Positions 48,841-59,537 of a DNA stretch of 64,000 nucleotides are shown one piece after another. A program made the translations under genes and the position numbers. Location: positions 7,423 through 71,422 of the forward strand of contig DATJPG010000010.1 in assembly GCA_035506515.1 (NCBI GenBank), in the 5' to 3' direction. The stretch's first letter is position 1, and each line of letters opens with the position of its first letter. Below the pieces are notes generated by a model, which saw only the letters and a list, made by a program, of their open reading frames with translations, did not search any database and was not told the DNA's origin. The stretch comes from Acidobacteriota bacterium. GTDB taxonomy: Bacteria > Acidobacteriota > UBA6911.

Positions 48841-49602
48841 TTGCCTGGACTACTCATCATCATCCTTGTGCTCATTCTATTATTCAACCCCGAGCTTTTG
48901 CCCCGCATGGGGGATTGGCTTGGAGGGCAGTCTCGAAAACCTTTGCGCCAGGCCAAGTGGATGTGGAGCTCATTCACCGGCACGGAGGACGAATCGATTC
49001 GGGCGGAACGGGATTATGGGCAGGAGTGCGCTCGCGCGTTCGCGAAGCAGTTTTCGAACAGCGGGTCACGCACAGACCAGGAGTTTGTCGCAAACATCGG
49101 GGCCAGGCTCGCAGATGCCGTAAGAGACCCCCGCCGCAAGTTTCATTTCACGGTCGTTGGATCCACTCTTGCCAATGCCTTTGCACTTCCGGGAGGTTTT
49201 ATATTTATCACCGGATCACTGCTGGATCTGTGTGAGCATGACCGAAACGAGATTGCATTTTTCCTGGGGCACGAAATCGGACACGTCTTGCGAGGCCATG
49301 CGAAAGACCATCTGACGGCAAACGTATTCCTGAACGCAGTCACGGCACGGCTTCCGGCGGCCGGGCAGATGCTCCGTCAGGTGATCAGCAAGGGATATTC
49401 CAGAACGCTGGAATTGGAAGCCGACCAGGAAGCAGCTCGATTAGCTGCCGCGGCCGGATTCGATGCCCGCGCATCCATACTTGCACTCAATCGCTTAGCG
49501 CAAGTTTCCCCCGATGCGTCCGGGTTGGCGGAGTATCTGTCTTCTCATCCGCCAATATCCGAGCGAGTTCGGGGGCTGGGAAAATACCTCCGCCTCGACT
49601 GA
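48841..49602 (+). CDS. M48-family zinc metalloprotease (HtpX/Ste24-like)
   Basis: HEXXH motif FLGHEIGHVLRGH; N-terminal hydrophobic anchor. Confidence 0.75.
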   Translation: MPGLLIIILVLILLFNPELLPRMGDWLGGQSRKPLRQAKWMWSSFTGTEDESIRAERDYGQECARAFAKQFSNSGSRTDQEFVANIGARLADAVRDPRRKFHFTVVGSTLANAFALPGGFIFITGSLLDLCEHDRNEIAFFLGHEIGHVLRGHAKDHLTANVFLNAVTARLPAAGQMLRQVISKGYSRTLELEADQEAARLAAAAGFDARASILALNRLAQVSPDASGLAEYLSSHPPISERVRGLGKYLRLD

Positions 49603-50007
49603 TAACACTTTTGTAGCTCGATTTGCAGGAAGCAGGTCAGGTTCAAAGGCAGCCATGCCTCATTATTGTCAGCCGCGATGAGCAATATTGACCTGATGCA
49701 TGAGCAATAGAGAACTAACAAACGAAATTCCTAATGATATAAAGCACGTGGAGCCGTCCAGCAGGATTTGGTGAGAAGGTGAGTGTCCGCCGGCTCCAGT
49801 GAACGCTATTTATTTTCTCGACGTTTGAGAAAGCGATGGAAACAACACCACAAAAAGTAATTGATAGGGCCGGCTGGCGGGGATTCGCGAAATTGCACAG
49901 CGTTAGGGTTCAAAATGGATGCACGACCAGCATCGTCAATCCGGGAAAAAGCGTTAAACAGCGATCCATAGTGACCAAAGAACTATTTCAATAGGGGGGA
50001 GTTAACC

Positions 50008-50910
50008 ATGTCAAGTACCGCTATCATCACAGTTGCCGCTGTCATCATCGTTATCTGGCTGCTGGGGCAATCCATTCGTACCGTCAGGCCGACCAGCCGG
50101 GGTTTAATCGAGCGATTTGGCAAATACAACCGTTTTGCCAACCCTGGCATTATTTTTCTGATCCCGTTTATCGAGCAGCTGATTCGCGTAAATATTACGG
50201 AAAATATGATAGACGCAGGATTGCAGGAAATTATCACCAGCGATAGCCTGAATGCCCAAGTGGACGCCCAGGTTTACTTTAAAGTACGTACGGATGAATC
50301 GGATGTTAAGGCATCCCAATACAATGTGTTCAACTACAGGGTGCAGATCGTGGCCCTGGCGAGAACAACACTAAGAAACATCATCGGTACCATGACACTA
50401 AAGGATGCCAACAGCGAGCGCGGCAAAATCAACAGTGCACTGTACACGAACCTTTCCACGGAGACCAAGAGTTGGGGGCTTGAGATTGTCCGTACCGAAC
50501 TCAAGGAAATCAATCCTCCGACAGACGTCCAAGAGACGATGAACAAAGTGGTCAAAGCCAGTAACGAAAAGATTGCTGCGATCGACTTTGCGACGGCTCG
50601 TGAAACTCAGGCAGACGGTGAAAGACGCGCCGCTATCAAGGTGGCCGAGGGACAAAGGCAGTCCGCAATCCTGCAGGCTGAAGGTCAGAAACAAGCCAAA
50701 GTGCTGGTGGCTGATGGTGAAGCTCAGGCGATTAAGCTCGTAAATGAAGCGGCCGACCTCTATTTCAGAGGGAATGCGCAGTTGCTTCGGCAACTGCAGG
50801 CGATAGAAACATCCCTCTCCAGCAATTCCAAAATCGTGGTTCCTACAGATTTGATCAATATTATCGGAGGTCTGGTGGGCATCAATGCTCATCCGCCGGC
50901 AGTGAAGTAA
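50008..50910 (+). CDS. SPFH/band-7 domain protein (stomatin/HflC-like)
   Basis: N-terminal TM segment, SPFH core (ERFGKY...TSDSLNAQVDAQVYFKV), and a C-terminal coiled coil. Confidence 0.8.
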   Translation: MSSTAIITVAAVIIVIWLLGQSIRTVRPTSRGLIERFGKYNRFANPGIIFLIPFIEQLIRVNITENMIDAGLQEIITSDSLNAQVDAQVYFKVRTDESDVKASQYNVFNYRVQIVALARTTLRNIIGTMTLKDANSERGKINSALYTNLSTETKSWGLEIVRTELKEINPPTDVQETMNKVVKASNEKIAAIDFATARETQADGERRAAIKVAEGQRQSAILQAEGQKQAKVLVADGEAQAIKLVNEAADLYFRGNAQLLRQLQAIETSLSSNSKIVVPTDLINIIGGLVGINAHPPAVK

Positions 50911-51038
50911 CTCGATGACCGGTTAAGTTCCTTCTTCTTCGGATTTGATCCTACTGGTACAATCGCGGGTGTCCGTTCGTGCACGCGCCAGGGAATGCGT
51001 GCCTGCGGGCGAAGACCAATCAGGACAAGGAGCGTGCT

Positions 51039-52478
51039 GTGAGTGATCCGGAAGAGGAAGACTTTGCCGCCATGTTCGAGGCTTCGCTTCAAGCCAAGCG
51101 ACTCGAGAAGGGCGAAATCGTTGAGGGAAAGATCGTCACCATCGGCCCGGAGGTTGCGCTGGTCGACGTGGGAGGCAAGGGCGAGGCGGTCATCCAGATC
51201 GACGAATTGAGGAACGCCGACGGCGAGGTCGAGGTTGCGATTGGCGATTGCATTCAGGCGATGGTGGTGTCGACGGCGGGGGGGCTGACGCTTTCCCGAA
51301 GGCTGGCGGGAGCGACAGCGACCGATCGGCAGTTTGAAGACGCCTTTCACAGCGGCCTGCCGGTGGAAGGGAAGGTTGAACGGGCGATAAAGGGCGGCTA
51401 CGAGGTGCGCCTCGGCCGACAGCGCGCGTTCTGCCCGATTTCCCAGATCGACGTTCGCGGCGCGGACGCGGCGGCGCACGAAGGGCAGGTCTACCAATTC
51501 CGGATTATCGAGTACAAGGAAGGCGGCTCGAATATCGTCGTCTCCCGGCGGGCGCTCCTCGAGGAGGAGCAGCAGGCGAACGCCGCTGAAGTCCGCAACA
51601 AGATCGTCCCCGGCGCTGTCATGACCGGCCGTGTCACCTCCGTTCGCGATTTCGGCGCCTTCGTCGATCTCGGTGCCGGTGTCCAGGGCCTGCTTCATGT
51701 GTCGGAGATGTCGTGGTCCCGCGTGTCGGCCCCTTCGGAGATCGTCAGATCAGGCGACGAGATCACGGTCAAGGTTCTGCGCATAGACGAGGACAAGCAG
51801 AAGATCTCGCTTGGGTTGAAGCAGCTCTCTGCCGACCCGTGGTCGAGTGTGAGCGAAGCGTATCAAGTAGGCCAGCTGCGGAATGGCCGGGTCACGCGCG
51901 TTGCGCAGTTCGGCGCGTTTGTGGAACTCGAGCCGGGCATCGAAGCGCTGGCCCATTCTTCTACGTTTGCGCCGACCGGAGGATCGGGAGGCTGGTCCGG
52001 ACAGGTCTCGCCAGGGATGACGGGCACATTCGAGATTCTATCCGTCGACCTTGAACAGAAACGGATCGGCGTGGCACTCGTTCACGAAGGCCCGGCGCGG
52101 ACCGAGCAGGCCCCGGGAGCACGGCCCGGCATCGTTCCGGGTGCGCGCCTGACTGGAAAGGTTGAACGACACGAGAAATTCGGCGTGTTCGTCTTTTTGG
52201 CGCCCGGGCGTACCGGTCTCATCCCGCTAAGCGAAACCGGCGTCGCGAAGGAAAGCGATGTCCAGCGAGCCTTTCCGGTCGGGGCCGACGTCGAGGTCAT
52301 CGTGCTGGAAGTCGATCCGTCATGCCGACGCATCCGCCTGAGCGCGAAGGCAGTCATGGAAGCGCGTGAGGCCGAGGAAGTGCGCGAGTGGACGGAACGC
52401 AAGGCTCCATCCGACGAGGGCTTTGGGACACTCGCCGACAAGCTGCGCTCGGCGTTCAAGTCGCGTTCTGAGAAGTAA
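51039..52478 (+). CDS. S1 RNA-binding domain protein (ribosomal protein S1-like, 4–5 S1 domains)
   Basis: Repeated S1 motifs (GKIV.I....A.VD.G; G.V..V.DFGAFV.L; HVSEMSW). A likely GTG start at 51039 has an AAGGAG RBS; alternative starts are GTG 50979 and ATG 51072. Confidence 0.65.
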   Translation: MSDPEEEDFAAMFEASLQAKRLEKGEIVEGKIVTIGPEVALVDVGGKGEAVIQIDELRNADGEVEVAIGDCIQAMVVSTAGGLTLSRRLAGATATDRQFEDAFHSGLPVEGKVERAIKGGYEVRLGRQRAFCPISQIDVRGADAAAHEGQVYQFRIIEYKEGGSNIVVSRRALLEEEQQANAAEVRNKIVPGAVMTGRVTSVRDFGAFVDLGAGVQGLLHVSEMSWSRVSAPSEIVRSGDEITVKVLRIDEDKQKISLGLKQLSADPWSSVSEAYQVGQLRNGRVTRVAQFGAFVELEPGIEALAHSSTFAPTGGSGGWSGQVSPGMTGTFEILSVDLEQKRIGVALVHEGPARTEQAPGARPGIVPGARLTGKVERHEKFGVFVFLAPGRTGLIPLSETGVAKESDVQRAFPVGADVEVIVLEVDPSCRRIRLSAKAVMEAREAEEVREWTERKAPSDEGFGTLADKLRSAFKSRSEK

Positions 52479-52504
52479 TCGATTGAGCTTCCTGGCAGTT
52501 TGTC

Positions 52505-52579
52505 TGGAGCGGGAAACGGGATTCGAACCCGCGACTTCGACCTTGGCAAGGTCGCACTCTACCACTGAGTTATTCCCGC
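52505..52579 (-). tRNA. tRNA-Gly (anticodon GCC)
   Basis: Reverse complement GCGGGAATAACTCAGTGGTAGAGTGCGACCTTGCCAAGGTCGAAGTCGCGGGTTCGAATCCCGTTTCCCGCTCCA folds as a cloverleaf with a 7-bp acceptor stem and anticodon loop TTGCCAA. It closely resembles canonical tRNA-Gly-GCC. Confidence 0.85.
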
Positions 52580-52670
52580 TCGCATGAAATGCAGCGGAAG
52601 GATATTAGCGGAAGCAAGCGGAAAACTCAACCACAAACACAGCTGTCAGCTGTCGGATCTCAGCAGCCTG

Positions 52671-53015
52671 CTAAAAAGCATTTCTGAATAAGGTCACCTC
52701 TGTTCCGAGAACGGAAACGATGTCGAAACGATACGCGTATTGGCCGAGATCGTGATCGGCGATGAAATCCTCGGCGGTACGGCGTAGGGTCTGCTGCTTC
52801 TGCCAATCGACAAATTCCCACGGTTCGCCGAAATCTGCGGAGCTCCGGGTTTTTACCTCCAGGAAAACCAGCAGCGCTCCTTCATAGGCGATGATGTCGA
52901 GTTCGCCAGAGCGGCTGCGATAGCGGCGGGCAAGGATGTCGAAGCCCTGTTTCAGCAGGTAGCGGCAGGCAATACGTTCGCCCTTGCGGCCTCTGAGGAG
53001 ATGCGGCGCAGTCAT
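52671..53015 (-). CDS. YraN-family (UPF0102) putative endonuclease
   Basis: GE.IA..YL...G..IL..N.R...GE.D.I, ...L.F.EVK.R. Confidence 0.7.
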   Translation of the reverse strand: MTAPHLLRGRKGERIACRYLLKQGFDILARRYRSRSGELDIIAYEGALLVFLEVKTRSSADFGEPWEFVDWQKQQTLRRTAEDFIADHDLGQYAYRFDIVSVLGTEVTLFRNAF

Positions 53016-53052
53016 GCATATAGTGTTTGCGCCGACCGGGTTTTATTTCACG

Positions 53053-53154
53053 GAATTTCGGTGACAGTCACCATAACTCCCAAATTGTTCTGTCCTCATC
53101 GAACAGACTTCAGCCTATCCGAATTTAGGAGTTATGGTGACTGTCACCGAAATT
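53053..53154. repeat. Palindromic intergenic repeat, copy A (arms GAATTTCGGTGACAGTCACCATAACTCC / reverse complement)
   Basis: 28-nt arms at 53053–53080 and 53127–53154 are perfect reverse complements. It lies between yraN and cysS. Confidence 0.8.
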
Positions 53155-54543
53155 CTACACGCGTTTCCAGCGGACGCCGTCTTTGGTGTCTTCGAGCTGG
53201 ATACCCTTGGACAGGAGCGACTGGCGGATGCGGTCGGCTTCGGCGAAGTTGCGTTGCCGGCGGGCTGCCTGGCGAGCCTCGATTTGTTGGGCGATTTCTT
53301 CGTCCAGGAGTTCGGATTTTGCACGCAGGATATTGAATACCGCATCGATCTCCTTGAGAAAATCGGTGGCGATGCGGGCATCGCCGCCCGAAAGCGCTTT
53401 CTGGCTGTCTTTCTGATACGCAAGGCGAACGAAATCGAAGATGACGGCGAGGCCGGCCGACGTGTTCAAATCGGCGTCCATCGCTTCTATGAATTTTTCG
53501 CGAGCGGCCTGCAATTCCGCTGCAAACGGGGGACTCGGCGGCTCGTCGGTGGCGATCTCTTTGGCACGGAGCAAGAAATCCTCGAGACGCTGGATCGACG
53601 ATTGCGCCTGGCGCAATCCGTCCATCGTGAAGTTGAGCTGCTTGCGGTAGTGCACCGAGAGCAGCAGATAGCGTATTGCTTCCGGTGAATAGCCTTTATC
53701 GAGCAGGTCGTTCAGCGTAAAGAAATTGCCCAGGGATTTGGACATCTTCTCGCCCTCGACGATCAGAAACTCCGGGTGCACCCAGTAATGCACGAAGGGC
53801 TTTCCTGTTGCACACTCGCTCTGCGCTATCTCGTTTTCGTGGTGAGGGAATACCAGATCCACGCCGCCGCAATGGATGTCGAATGTTTCGCCGAGATACT
53901 TCATGCTCATCGCGCTGCACTCGATGTGCCATCCGGGGCGCCCCGGGCCTATCGCGGTGTCCCAAAAGTCCTCCCCCTCTTTTTTCGCTTTCCAAAGAAC
54001 GAAATCGCGCGCGTTCTCCTTGTCATACTTGTCCGTGTCGACACTCGCTCCCGCCTGCGCGCCGCTGAAATCGGCCTTGCTGAGCCTGCCGTATCCGGGA
54101 AACCGGGCGATGCTGAAATACACCGATCCGTCCTTGCGATACGTGTATCCCTTTTCCTCGAGCTTTTGTATCAAGGCGACCATTTCGGGTATATGGTCCG
54201 TTGCACGCGGCATCAACCCGGGCATCTCGATCCGGAGCGTCTTGCAGTCGGCGAGAAAAGCCTCGGTGTATCTCAACGTGTAGTCCCGCAGCGTCATGCC
54301 CTGCGCGCGCGCGTTGTGGATCGTCTTGTCGTCCACGTCGGTGATGTTCATGACGTGGACTACGCGGTAGTGGCGATATTCGAGGTACCGGCGCAGCAGG
54401 TCCTGGAAGACGAAGGTGCGAAAGTTGCCGATGTGGGCGTAGTCGTAGACCGTCGGGCCGCAGATGTAGAAGCGGACCACGCCTTCTTCGATGGGATGAA
54501 ATTCCTCCTCCGCGTTGGTGAGGGTGTTATGCAATCTCAGCAT
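53155..54543 (-). CDS. cysS: Cysteine--tRNA ligase
   Basis: Class I HIGH (HIGN) and KMSKS motifs; zinc/cysteine-binding residues; 462 aa. Confidence 0.9.
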   Translation of the reverse strand: MLRLHNTLTNAEEEFHPIEEGVVRFYICGPTVYDYAHIGNFRTFVFQDLLRRYLEYRHYRVVHVMNITDVDDKTIHNARAQGMTLRDYTLRYTEAFLADCKTLRIEMPGLMPRATDHIPEMVALIQKLEEKGYTYRKDGSVYFSIARFPGYGRLSKADFSGAQAGASVDTDKYDKENARDFVLWKAKKEGEDFWDTAIGPGRPGWHIECSAMSMKYLGETFDIHCGGVDLVFPHHENEIAQSECATGKPFVHYWVHPEFLIVEGEKMSKSLGNFFTLNDLLDKGYSPEAIRYLLLSVHYRKQLNFTMDGLRQAQSSIQRLEDFLLRAKEIATDEPPSPPFAAELQAAREKFIEAMDADLNTSAGLAVIFDFVRLAYQKDSQKALSGGDARIATDFLKEIDAVFNILRAKSELLDEEIAQQIEARQAARRQRNFAEADRIRQSLLSKGIQLEDTKDGVRWKRV

Positions 54544-54659
54544 AGATCGTCGTCTCCAGAAGGGAAATGGTGGAGGGAATAAGACAAAATTGCAACCACG
54601 AATTACACGAATTACACAAAATTTCGGGATGCGGCAGCTTGTGCCGTACTCCGAAGGAA

Positions 54660-56228
54660 CTATTTCGCTACGCGAAGTAAGTAGAGGTTGGCTTGAGTGC
54701 AGAGAGGGGTGACCGTGACGCTTCGGAGGACCGGGATGGTTTTGGTGACGACTAAGGCTGTGGGGTGGGACTGCAGGAATTCTGCAAGCGACTCTGGAGA
54801 ATCGAGATCTTCCACAATTTGGTAGTTGGTATAGTAGTGGAGAGTGTGGTGGAAGAACTGGTAGGTGACTATGGGTTCGCCGGTCGTTCGCAGGCTCAGC
54901 GCCTGATGCGCGATTTCACGCGTGGAGTGGTATGCGCCGAGGACGGGAAATGCGAATTGCGCGACGGCGACGAGCAGAACGACTCCCTGCAAGGCAGTGG
55001 CGATAAAAGCGCGCCGGACCTGTGATTTGAAGCCGAATGCAAATGCGAAAACTGCGGGGATCAGAACTGCGGCTGAAAGGATCAGCCCGATACCCCAATG
55101 GCCGCCATAGTTTTTGTTGAAGAAGATAGGGGCTGCGATAGCCATGCCGACGGAAAGAATCAACTGCAAAACCATGGCGGCGCGCATGCCGGATGTTTTT
55201 GCCGATCCATCAATCCAGCGCGAAACGCGAATGCCCAGAATTAACGCCAGCGGAGGCAGCGACGGAAGAATATAGCCGGCGAGTTTTGATCCTGAAAGCG
55301 AAAAGAAAATCATTGGGACCAGAAACCAGCAGGCCAGGAAAACTACCGCAGGGTTCCACTCGCGCCAGCGGCGCAGACTCTGTAATGGCGACTTTGAAAG
55401 AAGAATCAACAGCCAGCCGCTCCATGGAAAAATGAGCGCCAGCAGGACTGGGATGTAAAAATAAAAGGGCTGCGAGTGATGATGGATGTCGGTGAAAAAG
55501 CGCGCGATGTTGTGATTTATGAAAAATGATGCGATAAAGGCAAAGCCGTTCTGACGAAAAGCCAGCCAGAACCATGGGATTGAGACAGCGCCCGTGATGA
55601 TGATCCCGGGGATAACTCGCCAGCGGCGCAGCACGCCGGCTCGATCGTCCAGCAGCCAAATGCAAAGTCCGATGCCGGCTGCCAGAATCAGGGCGACGGG
55701 ACCTTTGGCTAAGATCGCCAGTCCCAGGAAAATGTAGGCGAGGAGTACTCTGGGCCCGATGTTTTTTTCGATGGCTGCTGCAAGGATTGCCATGGCGATC
55801 GTGAAGCAGCAGGTGAAAGGCATGTCGGTGGACGCGCCGCGGCCGTAACCGGCGAATCCAAGACTGGTAAGCAGGACGGCTGCGCTTAAAAAACCGGCGA
55901 GGCGAGTGGTAAGCACTGAAGCAAGCCAGAAAACGGATAAGGCTGCTATCACGGCGCAGGCGACTGGAGCGATTCTTGCGGCGGTTTCGTGGCTTTTTAA
56001 AACCGAATAGAAGGGAATCGTCAGCCAATAGTAGAGCGGGGGTTTCTCAAGCCAGGGATTGCCCTCAAGGGTAGGCGTTACCCATTTCCCCTGGTCGTGC
56101 ATTTCCTGGGCGATTCTGGCGTACCTAGGTTCATCGGCTCCGGTGAGCGGAAGCGAGCCGAGGCGGAAGAAAAGCGTTGCCAGGGAGATTACGAACAGAA
56201 CTATCAGGGAAGGGAGCGTGCGCTGCAC
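54660..56228 (-). CDS. GT39-family (ArnT/PMT-like) phospholipid-carrier-dependent glycosyltransferase
   Basis: ORF 54660..56273. The first 15 codons are encoded by repeat copy B, so the probable start is GTG at 56228, giving MQRTLPSLIVLFVISL.... Motif DEPRYARIAQEM, followed by about 12 TM helices. Confidence 0.65.
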   Translation of the reverse strand: MQRTLPSLIVLFVISLATLFFRLGSLPLTGADEPRYARIAQEMHDQGKWVTPTLEGNPWLEKPPLYYWLTIPFYSVLKSHETAARIAPVACAVIAALSVFWLASVLTTRLAGFLSAAVLLTSLGFAGYGRGASTDMPFTCCFTIAMAILAAAIEKNIGPRVLLAYIFLGLAILAKGPVALILAAGIGLCIWLLDDRAGVLRRWRVIPGIIITGAVSIPWFWLAFRQNGFAFIASFFINHNIARFFTDIHHHSQPFYFYIPVLLALIFPWSGWLLILLSKSPLQSLRRWREWNPAVVFLACWFLVPMIFFSLSGSKLAGYILPSLPPLALILGIRVSRWIDGSAKTSGMRAAMVLQLILSVGMAIAAPIFFNKNYGGHWGIGLILSAAVLIPAVFAFAFGFKSQVRRAFIATALQGVVLLVAVAQFAFPVLGAYHSTREIAHQALSLRTTGEPIVTYQFFHHTLHYYTNYQIVEDLDSPESLAEFLQSHPTALVVTKTIPVLRSVTVTPLCTQANLYLLRVAK

Positions 56229-56243
56229 TGTCCGGCTCGCATG

Positions 56244-56345
56244 GAATTTCGGTGACAGATGCCTTAATTCCAAAATTCAGATGAATTGATGAAAAATCGC
56301 AACGCCTGAAAAATATGGGAATTAAGGCATTTGTCACCGAAATTC
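56244..56345. repeat. Palindromic intergenic repeat, copy B
   Basis: Arms GAATTTCGGTGACAGATGCCTTAATTCC (56244–56271) and GGAATTAAGGCATTTGTCACCGAAATTC (56318–56345), with one mismatch. Core TGAAAAATCGCAACGCCTGAA. Confidence 0.8.
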
Positions 56346-56346
56346 G

Positions 56347-56376
56347 AAAAAAAGGGGCGACCAAATCGGTCGCCCC
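56347..56376 (-). terminator. Rho-independent terminator downstream of groEL
   Basis: Minus strand: GGGGCGACC-GATTT-GGTCGCCCC followed by TTTTTTT. Confidence 0.7.
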
Positions 56377-56416
56377 GTATGCTTGAAAACGGCAGCTTGC
56401 TGCCGCAATTCTAAAA

Positions 56417-58072
<1,656 letters not shown>

Positions 58073-58082
58073 TCAGTTTGAG

Positions 58083-58370
58083 TTATCCCAAAATCGCGAG
58101 AATTTCCTCTTCGCGCATGATGAGGTAGTCCTGGTCATCGACTTTAATCTCAGTACCGGAATATTTTCCGAAGAGGATCCTGTCGCCCTTCTTGACGTCC
58201 ATGGCGGCACGCTTGCCGTCATCCGTGATTTTCCCCGGACCGGCTGCAACCACTTCGCCTTCCATGGGTTTTTCTTTGGCTGTGTCGGGAATGATGATGC
58301 CACCCTTCACAATTTCTTTCTCTTCTACGCGTTTTACTAGAACCCGATCGTGCAAAGGCCTAACATTCAT
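58083..58370 (-). CDS. groS: Co-chaperonin GroES (Hsp10)
   Basis: [19 protein letters not shown]...; ATG at 58370 with an AGAGGAG RBS (ORF track 58397). Confidence 0.9.
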   Translation of the reverse strand: MNVRPLHDRVLVKRVEEKEIVKGGIIIPDTAKEKPMEGEVVAAGPGKITDDGKRAAMDVKKGDRILFGKYSGTEIKVDDQDYLIMREEEILAILG

Positions 58371-58433
58371 AGATGATCTCCTCTCTTTAAGGGCCACTTA
58401 TAAGGCGTCTCGCTAGATTATTCCCCGCCCGGA

Positions 58434-58460
58434 TTAGCACTCTCCTAGGGCGAGTGCCAA
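58434..58460 (-). promoter_or_regulatory. CIRCE operator (HrcA binding site) upstream of groES
   Basis: TTAGCACTC-N9-GAGTGCCAA matches the CIRCE consensus TTAGCACTC-N9-GAGTGCTAA with one mismatch. It lies 64 nt upstream of the groES start. Confidence 0.75.
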
Positions 58461-58501
58461 TAGTATAAGAGCCATCCTTGCGTTGTCAACCTGAGCACCA
58501 A

Positions 58502-58603
58502 GAATTTCGGTGACAGATACCTTAATTCCCAAATTCAAGTGAATTGATGAAAAACCGCAACGCTTGAAGAATTTGGGAATTGAGGCATTTGTCACCGAAA
58601 TTC
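58502..58603. repeat. Palindromic intergenic repeat, copy C
   Basis: Arms GAATTTCGGTGACAGATACCTTAATTCCC / GGGAATTGAGGCATTTGTCACCGAAATTC. The core is nearly identical to copy B. Confidence 0.8.
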
Positions 58604-58682
58604 ACCGAATCTTAATAAAAATCACATCATTGCTTCACAATCATTCTGTAAATCTTTCCGAGAATTGATATTAGGAGGAAAT

Positions 58683-59537
58683 ATGAAGAAGCTGGGATTG
58701 GCAATAACCCTTATCTTTGCACTCATTTTGGCCGGGTGCGGTGGCGGAAAGAGCGCTTCGAACGCCGTCAGGTCCGTCACCATCAAGGGTTCCGACACGA
58801 TGGTGATCTTGGGACAGCGCTGGGCTGAAACATACATGAAAGAGCATCCAGATAAACGAATCCAGGTAACCGGCGGAGGATCCGGCACTGGAATCGCCGC
58901 CTTGATCAACGGCGGAACCGACATCTGCGAAGCTTCGCGGCCCATGAAGGATAAAGAGAAGGAAATGGTCCGCGCCCGTCATAACAAAGAGGTGACCGAA
59001 ATACCCGTCGCCCTGGATGGAATCGCTATTTACGTCCCGGAATCCTCATCCATGCAAACCATCACGATGCCGCAGCTCAAATCCATCTTTACCGGCACGA
59101 TCACCAACTGGCGCGATGTCGGCGGCAAAGACCAGCGGATTGTCGCCTATAGCCGCGAAAACAATTCCGGCACATATGTCTTTTTCAAAGAGCACGTCCT
59201 CAACAACGAGGATTTCGCACGCGATATCCAGACGCTGCCGGGAACGGCGGCGGTCGTCAACGCGGTATCCAAGGACCCGGCATCTGTAGGCTATGGTGGA
59301 ATCGCATATGCGACAGGCATTAAGGCTCTTTCGGTAAAAAAGGACGATGCATCCGAGGCCATCAAGCCAACGATGGAATCAGTCGAATCGGGCAGATATC
59401 CGCTATCCCGGAGCCTCTACTTTTATACTGTCGGACAGCCTGCGGGCGAAATTAAGGAATTCATCGACTGGGTATTGAGTCCCGAAGGGCAAAAGATATG
59501 CGAAGCGGTGGGGTATTATCCTCTGAACCGGAGATAG
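58683..59537 (+). CDS. pstS: Phosphate ABC transporter substrate-binding lipoprotein PstS
   Basis: AGGAGG RBS; lipoprotein signal MKKLGLAITLIFALILAGCGG; PBP motifs GSDTM, TGGGSGTGIAAL. Confidence 0.85.
   Translation: MKKLGLAITLIFALILAGCGGGKSASNAVRSVTIKGSDTMVILGQRWAETYMKEHPDKRIQVTGGGSGTGIAALINGGTDICEASRPMKDKEKEMVRARHNKEVTEIPVALDGIAIYVPESSSMQTITMPQLKSIFTGTITNWRDVGGKDQRIVAYSRENNSGTYVFFKEHVLNNEDFARDIQTLPGTAAVVNAVSKDPASVGYGGIAYATGIKALSVKKDDASEAIKPTMESVESGRYPLSRSLYFYTVGQPAGEIKEFIDWVLSPEGQKICEAVGYYPLNRR

Noticed and set aside
52499-52587. Plus-strand ORF 52366..52587 covering the tRNA region
   Set aside because: Its translation (RETGFEPATSTLARSHSTTELF) is the classic spurious translation of a tRNA gene. 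The region is tRNA-Gly on the minus strand.
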